Shown here: piece after piece, positions 28,055 through 36,347 of the stretch
Layout of the letters: each line of letters starts with the position of its first letter
How positions within the stretch are numbered: the stretch's first letter is position 1
Virus record (IMG/VR): IMGVR_UViG_3300006737_000030
Location: 3,087 to 67,086 of that record
Length of the DNA stretch: 64,000 nucleotides
Source: a virus
Reading direction: 5' to 3' (one strand)
Translations under genes and position numbers: made by a program
The notes under the pieces: model-generated
The model's input: the letters and a program-made list of their open reading frames with translations, nothing else
What the model was told of the DNA's origin: nothing
Database searches by the model: none

Positions 28055-30225
28055 TAGGCATTCACGTATATCATCCCGTTCATAGAAGAGTGATATTCAC
28101 AATTATAATAATATGTTCCTACTATTGCATTAGTAGTATCCCATGTGAGAGAACCATTTTCTGCACCATTGCCAGTTACTCCAGTATTATATGCACCACC
28201 AGTTCCAATACTTTGAGATGTTTTAATCCAGAATGGATGTCCAACAGCATTAACTGTAAACTCTATAGTATCACCTTTCTTTACATTGATTGTTGGTTGT
28301 GTACTATTACTATGAGTAGTATTCCTATCATCACCTGTTAATTTATAACTACCGTAAGAGACAGTAACAGTTATTGGGTAAGTCTTAATCAATGCCTCTG
28401 AAATAGGTCTATAATAAGTATTAGTTCTAGGATACATCTGGGCATTAAGGGGAATTGAATGTATATCCCTCCTCATACCTTTCAATGTTTCTTTATACCA
28501 CCCATCAATAACACCACTCACATTTCTTGGATTGATTGCTCTTATTTCTCTAGTGGTAGAAGTAGATCCACCATATAATGGATTTCCCCCTCCATCACAA
28601 GTTCTATCATCAAACAAACCACCATTAATATTAAATGTTATATCATTTTCATAAGAATTATTTTGTATGAATCCCATTACATCACTATTAGTAAATCTTT
28701 CTTTACCTGTTGCTAACAATGCTGCAATACCACAAACCTGTGGTGATGCCATACTAGTTCCACCAATAGTATATCTCCAATTAGCACCACCATATTTGTT
28801 ATCAACATAACCAACACCATTTAATCCTGATGCAACATAAATGTTAGCAGGATTTGGCCAAGCACCTTGAATCTTATCTCCAGGTGCCCACACATCAATC
28901 AATGGTCCAAAATTAGAAAAGTCTGACTTTCTAAAATCAGATAGATTTGAAATAGAACCTACAGTAATACAACCTTTAGAATTAGCTGGAGAAGATCCTC
29001 TATTATGATAAGCTGTGTATAGTGAACCACTAGGAAGATTAAATTGAATATAATTATTCCAATCAACATATTCTGGTGCTGTTGGATCTCTATGTATACC
29101 ATATTGATCATTGTTACCAGCAGCAGCAATAATAACTACACCATCTTCAATAGCATCTTCCATGTCATATCTAGACCCAGTGCTATCAGCATTATATCTG
29201 TATTGTGATGGACCTACACCAAAATCTTTATGGATTCCATCAATTGTCCATCCATTAGGACCAGGATTGCCAGCATTATATGTAACACCACGAACTCTAA
29301 TGTTAGCAACATCAGCTTCAGTTAATAATCTTTCATAAAATGGATATATGTTGTAACTAGATCCCCAACTATGATTTGTTACTGTAGGATTCTTTTTACC
29401 TGTTAAAGGATTTATTGGTTTGTGTCTGTGGAATGCTCTCAAATAATCAAATACTAATGTAGATGTTACAGGAGTTCCAAAACCACTACCAAGGTTTACA
29501 TGTAAACTATAAATATTTGCTTCTCTTGCCCATCCATACCATTGTCCTGCTACTGTTGAAGCAACGTGTGTGCCATGAAATGTTGCATTAGCAGAATTGG
29601 GGTGATATCCATATGTTCCTGAAGGAAGTGCATTACCATCATCATCTATACTACTAACATAACCATTTAACTGACCAAACCAATCATATTCTACAAATCT
29701 ATTGAGTCCAGTAGTAGGACTTTGCCATTCAGCACAATCAAATGAAACTGGATTATCAACAATAACTACATCAACGTGTTTTCCATCTGCATAAATTTCA
29801 ACATTATCAGTAACCATTGAAGTATTATCATGTCCAAAAACTCCTTTCTGTCTTGCAGCAGCATCACCAGAGGAGTGTAAATGACCCCACTGTTTTTCAT
29901 TATCACCATGCTGACTTGCAGAATCTGACTTCTCAAAATCCCCAGCAAATCCGTATGGAGTATTATTAACTTCAGTATAAAAAGGTGTGATTTCTTTTAT
30001 TGGATCATCATCTATATTAATTTCAACAGCAGCAACCCTAGAATCATTTCGTATATCTTGTGCTTCAGTACTATTCATATAGTACTCTGTACTTCTACTG
30101 ATAGGACGTTTTAGATGGAGTTTATATCCATCCGATGCCATGTCAGAATAAAAACTTTCTAAATCAGATTTATTTTCAAGTGTGACAACATATACCTTAT
30201 CATCTGAATGATCGTATAGTCCCAT
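28054..30225 (-). CDS. Subtilisin-family (S8) serine protease with C-terminal cupredoxin-like domain
   Basis: VDVVIVD (Asp), FHGTHVAST (His), AAAGN (oxyanion Asn), GGTSMASPQV (Ser). C-terminal KKGDTIEF...GHPF...TYYYNCEYHSSMNGMIYV. Confidence 0.88.
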   Translation of the reverse strand: MGLYDHSDDKVYVVTLENKSDLESFYSDMASDGYKLHLKRPISRSTEYYMNSTEAQDIRNDSRVAAVEINIDDDPIKEITPFYTEVNNTPYGFAGDFEKSDSASQHGDNEKQWGHLHSSGDAAARQKGVFGHDNTSMVTDNVEIYADGKHVDVVIVDNPVSFDCAEWQSPTTGLNRFVEYDWFGQLNGYVSSIDDDGNALPSGTYGYHPNSANATFHGTHVASTVAGQWYGWAREANIYSLHVNLGSGFGTPVTSTLVFDYLRAFHRHKPINPLTGKKNPTVTNHSWGSSYNIYPFYERLLTEADVANIRVRGVTYNAGNPGPNGWTIDGIHKDFGVGPSQYRYNADSTGSRYDMEDAIEDGVVIIAAAGNNDQYGIHRDPTAPEYVDWNNYIQFNLPSGSLYTAYHNRGSSPANSKGCITVGSISNLSDFRKSDFSNFGPLIDVWAPGDKIQGAWPNPANIYVASGLNGVGYVDNKYGGANWRYTIGGTSMASPQVCGIAALLATGKERFTNSDVMGFIQNNSYENDITFNINGGLFDDRTCDGGGNPLYGGSTSTTREIRAINPRNVSGVIDGWYKETLKGMRRDIHSIPLNAQMYPRTNTYYRPISEALIKTYPITVTVSYGSYKLTGDDRNTTHSNSTQPTINVKKGDTIEFTVNAVGHPFWIKTSQSIGTGGAYNTGVTGNGAENGSLTWDTTNAIVGTYYYNCEYHSSMNGMIYVNA

Positions 30226-30226
30226 A

Positions 30227-31663
30227 TCACACCTCTAATTGAACATATGTTAATGTTACTGCAATGTTTGCGGTACTACCACTTTTATTAACTACCTTTG
30301 CATATATGTTAGTAGATGGTGTTGGGTCATTATTCCATCCAATAGTACCTGGAGTAATGATTTGTGTAGCACCATCAGATGTAATGATTTCTGCAAGTAC
30401 ACCTGAACCTGGAAGTGGATCTGTTGTTTCAGTTCTACTAGAATCAGCAGTTCTACTAACAGTATCAGTGTAAAGAGTTACCCATGCAGCATGTGATGTT
30501 TGTATTTTTAATAAACTAAATGCTTTTGCTGCAGTAATTGTTATATCTGCTGCTGCTGTATCAGCTAAATTTGTAGCAGTTGCAGAACCAGTTGTTCTTG
30601 AAGTTAATCCACTGCCACCACCGCCACCACCAGACTGTGCTACCCAACCTGTGGTTCCTGCACCATCTGTGGATAAAACATACCCATTAGTACCTTCATC
30701 TGGAGGTAAAATAAAATTAACATTACCACTGTAATTAGCATGTAACGGTGCTTTTATACTTACTTTGTGTGCGTTATTAACCTCACAATATAAATCAATT
30801 GCTGCTACGTTTCCAGTACCAGTTCTTATAGCAACACTACCATCAGAAAGAGTTATACCACCAGTAGATCCATTACCACCAGCAGTTATATTATTTGCAG
30901 TTGAACTGCCACGACCAGTTACTGAATCAAGAGTGTCTGTATTTATTGCAGAAAGATCTGGGGGAGTATATGTAAAAGCACCTGAAACATTATTATATGT
31001 TAAAGAACCACCACCAGAAGCAGAAAGACTATTTGCAGAAATATCAGTTAGAGAAATACCTCCTCCACTTCCACCACCAGATAAATCTGGTCCTGCAATC
31101 CATCTAGAAGTACTACCATCCCATTTTAAAACATGACCATCAGTTACAACACCACTAACATTAACATCTGTTATATCGTTAAGAGCAATAGCACCAACAC
31201 TAGTTACATACCCAGCTTGACTGTGATCACCCCAACCATATGCTGTATCCCAATTATTAGAGTTATAATTTGAAGGAGTAATAGTTGCAGAATCAGCACC
31301 ATCTTGTAAATTTATTTGTGCTAGATTACCTAATTGAGTTACAAGTAAGTTATTTACAAAAGTTTTAGTTACTCTATTATCAATTTCACTAATTGCTCTA
31401 ACACTTGTGTAGAATAAACCATTCACACCCTCTGTAAGACTATTTGTAGTAAATTCTGTAAAATCTAATGCAAGAGTATAAGTATTAGCTGTATCATCAT
31501 AAACAGCAGCAATACCTGTGCCAGCAGTTATTAATCCATTAATTCTATCATCAATTTTCTCATTAAAATTAACATCTAGATCATTTACATCACCAGCAAG
31601 ATTGTTTATCTCTTGTCTCTGTTGATCTAAAGTATATGTTATTGGTACGTTTCTTAACGTCAT
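30227..31663 (-). CDS. Tail-fibre-like protein (478 aa)
   Basis: N-terminus MTLRNV...QQRQEIN shared with 38511-42506. L.D..DV....DG.VLKW fibre motif. C-terminal domain shared with 34537-35169. Confidence 0.7.
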   Translation of the reverse strand: MTLRNVPITYTLDQQRQEINNLAGDVNDLDVNFNEKIDDRINGLITAGTGIAAVYDDTANTYTLALDFTEFTTNSLTEGVNGLFYTSVRAISEIDNRVTKTFVNNLLVTQLGNLAQINLQDGADSATITPSNYNSNNWDTAYGWGDHSQAGYVTSVGAIALNDITDVNVSGVVTDGHVLKWDGSTSRWIAGPDLSGGGSGGGISLTDISANSLSASGGGSLTYNNVSGAFTYTPPDLSAINTDTLDSVTGRGSSTANNITAGGNGSTGGITLSDGSVAIRTGTGNVAAIDLYCEVNNAHKVSIKAPLHANYSGNVNFILPPDEGTNGYVLSTDGAGTTGWVAQSGGGGGGSGLTSRTTGSATATNLADTAAADITITAAKAFSLLKIQTSHAAWVTLYTDTVSRTADSSRTETTDPLPGSGVLAEIITSDGATQIITPGTIGWNNDPTPSTNIYAKVVNKSGSTANIAVTLTYVQLEV

Positions 31664-31687
31664 GGTACTAGCATTCCTTGATAATAG

Positions 31688-31695
31688 TATTTATT
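31688..31695 (-). promoter_or_regulatory. Late promoter variant AATAAATA
   Basis: ATAAATA core 24 nt upstream of 31663. Confidence 0.5.
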
Positions 31696-31696
31696 A

Positions 31697-31978
31697 TTAC
31701 GTATTGGATGGACTCCACTGTTTACCTCTTGGAAATAATTGTCCAGAACCAGGTCTTTGTGGATCTGTAAATGTTCCTGAATCAGTTAATGTAACATTAA
31801 ATAATGTTGATACAGTTTTTCCAACATATGGAGTTGCTTCATCACCCCAAGATTCAAATCCATCAGGAACATTGGTAAAATTACCCAACATTGATCCCTG
31901 TAGATGCTTTGTTTTATTAGCAAACGTAACAGGAGATTCTATTGTATGAAATGAAGTAATGCCAGATCCGAAATCCAT
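31697..31978 (-). CDS. Hypothetical protein (93 aa)
   Basis: 1-nt overlap with the upstream stop; in operon orientation. Confidence 0.55.
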   Translation of the reverse strand: MDFGSGITSFHTIESPVTFANKTKHLQGSMLGNFTNVPDGFESWGDEATPYVGKTVSTLFNVTLTDSGTFTDPQRPGSGQLFPRGKQWSPSNT

Positions 31979-34536
31979 TAGGTTGTCCTCGCACAGAATG
32001 CTATACCTTTACAAGAATTACTTGAAACTCCATCATATGTTGTTTGATTAACAGTATATGAAACTTCAATAATCTTGTATATTTCAGAAGCAGAAACTTC
32101 AATTGCATCTCCAGTATGGAATGTAGTAGCACCTGGAGTCACATTAAATGGAATTACAACATAATCATCAGGAAGATAATAAGGAACTGGTGCCAAACAA
32201 TTCTGTATAGGTAATCCTTTTATTGGTTTATAATAATTAGCAGCCACTGGCATTTGTGTTGTTGCTGGTATGTCATTTTTATTTCCCAAATAATACCCAA
32301 CATTATTACCATAATCAAATTTTCCACCAGTTGCTTTTCCTACTATACCACCACCATAAGCAATATCAATTGAAGAACTATCCCCTTTAAAATCATCAAT
32401 TGTAGATTTATCATAAGAATTATCTCTGAAATATGGTTTTATTGTTCCACCATGTTGGTTATTGTTATTGTATAAATTACTAGAATAATAAGTTGCCATA
32501 CTCATATCATCAGTGTTCGTACTAGTAGAATCTCTAAAGTATCCATATTCTGCACATCTTCTTAATGCGTTATTAGTATCTAAATCTTCTTGAGCTCCTG
32601 CATAACCCTTTGCCATATTTGTCTCAAATTTGATAGTTTCTTCAGCAGAAGAGTACCATACTGGACTGAAAGATGTAAAACCACCTTGCCAAACATGATC
32701 TAAATCCCATATTCCATTACCAATAACAGTTCCTTTATGGAAATACAATGACAATTGTGATATATCATCCCCGTTAATATTTTGAACAAATTGAAGAATA
32801 TGAAAGTTTGGATCTTGAGGATCATTTGTATTTGCTTTCCAAACTTGTACCTTCAATGGATAAGTATTAGCATTTGATCCTGTTGCATACTCATATTGAG
32901 CATAGTGTGTGGTATCCCAATTAAATGATGCGTTATTTACCCAATCAAATCCTTGTACACCACCCCAACAACCTTCAGCAGTGATAGTTGTGGATGTTGG
33001 ATTCCAATTTAAATAGTTCCAACTAACTCCTGCTCCTATCTGTAATTGGTATTGATTATCAGATTTTAATCTAATACCATAGTAAGTCTTACCATAAGTT
33101 TTATTAGTATCATTGTCAATTTCTAGAATTGCTGATTTATTTTGAAGATACTTTGTATAGAAATTAGTAGTACCACTACCAACATCCAATGCCTGAACAC
33201 TAGGTATAGCATTATAAGCAGCTTGTTGTTGGGTAGTAGATGCATTGACACCAAATATAATATCATTTTCTGGTGTAGCACCACCTATTTGATTTCCTGG
33301 TATAGTAAATACTTCATCAGTAGTCCAACCTGCTGAAGATTCTGATTGAACTCTTACAGATTTAACAGCACCGAAACTATCTCCACCTACTTCTGTTCCT
33401 TTTCTAAAAACTCTAAATGTACATGCATCTCTACCTCCATTAGCAGGTACTTCATAATCCCAATAAGGAGAATGATAACTATTACTGCCCAAATAATTGT
33501 TTATACTTGCTTTAATTTCTATAACATTCTGCATTGCTTGATGACTTTTACATTGCAATGCATAATCTCCTTGAACCCATTGATCACAATCCCAATAAAC
33601 TCTTCCAGTTTCTAATCCAAGATTTTGTGGATATGCCCTATAAGATACTCCTTGGAAATTAGTAGAATTTAATTCTCTAACATCACTATAGGTACCACCT
33701 GGGAAAGTTAAACTAGTACTTGTAGTATCAACTATAGTAAAAGGATGTCCAGGTACATTTAAATGAAATGTAATTCTATCTCCTTGTCTCATTGATACTT
33801 TAGTTACTGCAGGAAATTCAAATTCGCAAGTATATACACTAATATCTTGATTATTTGCAGGGGAACCAAAATTATGGTTACTAGCATAAGTTATTATATT
33901 AGTTTTTGCTATTGCATCAGATTGTGTTGGTGCTAACCTAATTGTATCAACATAGTTATCATTTGTTACATCACTATAACTATCAGGTAAAATTATATAA
34001 TAAGTAGTACCAACTGTTAATTCTGGTGGTACATTAGCAGCATTACCATTAGGGTTTCTTAAAACAAATGAATCACCTGTTTGATAACCATCATGATGTA
34101 ATCCACTAACTTGCTCTATATCAACACCATTAGATATATTAGTAGCAAAAGTGTGCTGTCCACCTCCAAATCCACCCATCCTAACTTCACCATTTGCGTG
34201 AAAATAAGCAGGAAACACAGCAGGTGTTAAAACATAATTACCACTTCCATTATTAGTTACTCTTATCTGTCTATATGCAACACCTGGCATTTTAATACCT
34301 TTACCACCACAATGTTGCCATTTTGCATCACCATATCCACCACCATTATATGATGTAGTAGATCCAGGAGCAAGACAATTAACAAGTACACCAGATTTTC
34401 TAGTACTAGATCCATGAATACCAGCATCTGCTAGTACTTGTTCTATAGCATTTAAAACATCTGCTTGATCCCAACCTGTATCTCCTTCAGTGCCACCAAC
34501 GTGACGAACAAAAGGTGTGTTATTTTGTATTGCCAT
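31978..34536 (-). CDS. Structural-region protein (852 aa) with internal cupredoxin-like domain
   Basis: MRQGDRITF.LNVPGHPF...V.W.....GDYALQCKSHQAMQN.IEI, plus a FTIPG.QIGGATP.ND module like those in the 1725-aa protein. Confidence 0.65.
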   Translation of the reverse strand: MAIQNNTPFVRHVGGTEGDTGWDQADVLNAIEQVLADAGIHGSSTRKSGVLVNCLAPGSTTSYNGGGYGDAKWQHCGGKGIKMPGVAYRQIRVTNNGSGNYVLTPAVFPAYFHANGEVRMGGFGGGQHTFATNISNGVDIEQVSGLHHDGYQTGDSFVLRNPNGNAANVPPELTVGTTYYIILPDSYSDVTNDNYVDTIRLAPTQSDAIAKTNIITYASNHNFGSPANNQDISVYTCEFEFPAVTKVSMRQGDRITFHLNVPGHPFTIVDTTSTSLTFPGGTYSDVRELNSTNFQGVSYRAYPQNLGLETGRVYWDCDQWVQGDYALQCKSHQAMQNVIEIKASINNYLGSNSYHSPYWDYEVPANGGRDACTFRVFRKGTEVGGDSFGAVKSVRVQSESSAGWTTDEVFTIPGNQIGGATPENDIIFGVNASTTQQQAAYNAIPSVQALDVGSGTTNFYTKYLQNKSAILEIDNDTNKTYGKTYYGIRLKSDNQYQLQIGAGVSWNYLNWNPTSTTITAEGCWGGVQGFDWVNNASFNWDTTHYAQYEYATGSNANTYPLKVQVWKANTNDPQDPNFHILQFVQNINGDDISQLSLYFHKGTVIGNGIWDLDHVWQGGFTSFSPVWYSSAEETIKFETNMAKGYAGAQEDLDTNNALRRCAEYGYFRDSTSTNTDDMSMATYYSSNLYNNNNQHGGTIKPYFRDNSYDKSTIDDFKGDSSSIDIAYGGGIVGKATGGKFDYGNNVGYYLGNKNDIPATTQMPVAANYYKPIKGLPIQNCLAPVPYYLPDDYVVIPFNVTPGATTFHTGDAIEVSASEIYKIIEVSYTVNQTTYDGVSSNSCKGIAFCARTT

Positions 34537-35169
34537 TTAATTATCGCCTATTTCTACGAGTGTTAGTTTTACTTGAATGTTCTGGGCAGAACTTGTTCTG
34601 TTAGTAACAGAAGCATAAATGTTGTCTGTCCTAGGATTATCATTGTTAAATCCTAGTACTGAAGGTGTTAATACTACAACTTGTCCAGTAGTTGTGGTTC
34701 TGACTTCAGCAAGTAATCCTGATCCTGGACTAGGATCATTACCTTCACTTCTATTGATGTCATTATCTCTAGAAGTATCATCACAATATAACCTTACCCA
34801 GGCATCATGTGATACTTCTATTTTAAATAATGCATAAGCATTGTATCCTGTTATATTTAGTTCTCGTGCCTCTCCTGTTGGCACTCCTATTGCAGTACCA
34901 GTAATATCCTGAATAGAAGGAACCCCACTACCACTACCACTTTGGGCACTTTCATTATGCCATCCCTGTGCAGCAGTATAAGTTAAAACTTGATCGTCTT
35001 GAAGACTAGCAATAGTTACATTTGAAAGATCTTGAAGATTGTTTACAAGACCAGATGCTGCGACACCTTGTGCTTTCCATGAAACTGTATCCCATACCCA
35101 GGTAATACCTGCAGTGGCATCATAATGGGTATCGCCATCTGATGGATTATTGGGGAGATTTATTGCCAT
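34537..35169 (-). CDS. Short fibre-like protein (210 aa)
   Basis: MAINLPNNPSDG...W.WD..SW N-terminus, LQDLSNV fibre motif, C-terminal LFKIEVSHDAWVRLY...DP.PGSG.LAE domain. Confidence 0.65.
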   Translation of the reverse strand: MAINLPNNPSDGDTHYDATAGITWVWDTVSWKAQGVAASGLVNNLQDLSNVTIASLQDDQVLTYTAAQGWHNESAQSGSGSGVPSIQDITGTAIGVPTGEARELNITGYNAYALFKIEVSHDAWVRLYCDDTSRDNDINRSEGNDPSPGSGLLAEVRTTTTGQVVVLTPSVLGFNNDNPRTDNIYASVTNRTSSAQNIQVKLTLVEIGDN

Positions 35170-35173
35170 TTTA

Positions 35174-35560
35174 TTATTCTTCTGGGACTATTAAAATATT
35201 ATATCCTTTTGGTTGAAGTGATCCAGCAGCACTTACAGAGGCACTTTGACCATCAGCAAGGTAGAATTCATCAACAAAACCAGAACCACCAGCTTGGTAT
35301 CCAACTACATTTTTCACTTGTAAAGGAGTAGTACCACTACCACTAACCATATAGGTAACATGCTTACCAAAACCAGTAAAACTTTGGTTTGTTCCACTAG
35401 TAGCAGTAGCAACAGTTACTCCAGCAATGACCTGTGTAAGTCCAGAATTATATGATTGAGAGGGATTATTATAAAAGAATGCAATGATAACACGGACATT
35501 ACCACCAGTGTTATTGGTGTATGACCAGTTACCTGTTCCTGCGTTTACTGTTGATGCCAT
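35174..35560 (-). CDS. Tandem paralogue 3 (128 aa)
   Basis: MASTVNAGTGNWSYTNNTGGNVRVII...YLADGQ...YNILIVPEE. Confidence 0.7.
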   Translation of the reverse strand: MASTVNAGTGNWSYTNNTGGNVRVIIAFFYNNPSQSYNSGLTQVIAGVTVATATSGTNQSFTGFGKHVTYMVSGSGTTPLQVKNVVGYQAGGSGFVDEFYLADGQSASVSAAGSLQPKGYNILIVPEE

Positions 35561-35569
35561 AATACTTAT

Positions 35570-35929
35570 TTATTCGTCTATTACTATAAAATTATATGTT
35601 TCCACAGAATTACCCCATACCTGGAACTGCTGCCCATCAGCAATATAACATTCCAATGGAATTTCTTCACCATCAGCAGTACCATCACCAGATGCTACAG
35701 TCATAGTATTAGTCATACTACTAGCACCACTTCTATAAGTATTAATTGCCAATTTTAACCCATAAACTTGTGGTTCATTTACAGGACAGGTCATGTTACC
35801 AATAGTCATGGTGTTAGTCATACCACTAACATAACCAATTTTTAACCAATAGATAAGAATTCTCTGATTACCACCAGAATTATTAGTATGTGAAACATTT
35901 CCTGTTCCTGAATATACTGTTGTTGCCAT
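35570..35929 (-). CDS. Tandem paralogue 2 (119 aa)
   Basis: MATTVYSGTGNVSHTNNSGGNQRILI...YIADGQ...YNFIVIDE. Confidence 0.7.
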   Translation of the reverse strand: MATTVYSGTGNVSHTNNSGGNQRILIYWLKIGYVSGMTNTMTIGNMTCPVNEPQVYGLKLAINTYRSGASSMTNTMTVASGDGTADGEEIPLECYIADGQQFQVWGNSVETYNFIVIDE

Positions 35930-35930
35930 G

Positions 35931-36347
35931 TTATTCTGGTATTGTTAATATGTTCCATGATTTGAGAGGATATGATTCATCGAGGGTTTTAATATCTATA
36001 GAATGTGCATCAGCAAGCCATACCTCACTAACAAACATACTTTCTTTACCAGACTTGTTACCACCTATAAATCCACCTTCACTACCTACAGCAGTTACAC
36101 CATAAGAACCATCTGAATGGTTAGCACCAGTAATATATCTACCTGTTCCATATGCTTGTTGGTTGGATCCACCCTGTATTTGAAACACATAATCAGAATT
36201 GGTAGGTCCAAATCTCATTTTAATACCCTGTTGATTCCCAAAGACATCCGTGCTGCATAACACATGCCCTATAATCACACGAACATTACCACCAGTAGAA
36301 TTGGTGTAACTAAAATTGCCTGTGCCTGAATGTACTGTTGCAGTCAT
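35931..36347 (-). CDS. Tandem paralogue 1 (138 aa)
   Basis: MTATVHSGTGNFSYTNSTGGNVRVII...WLADAH...WNILTIPE. ATG at 36347 gives a 4-nt overlap with the upstream stop and matches the paralogue N-termini. Confidence 0.7.
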   Translation of the reverse strand: MTATVHSGTGNFSYTNSTGGNVRVIIGHVLCSTDVFGNQQGIKMRFGPTNSDYVFQIQGGSNQQAYGTGRYITGANHSDGSYGVTAVGSEGGFIGGNKSGKESMFVSEVWLADAHSIDIKTLDESYPLKSWNILTIPE

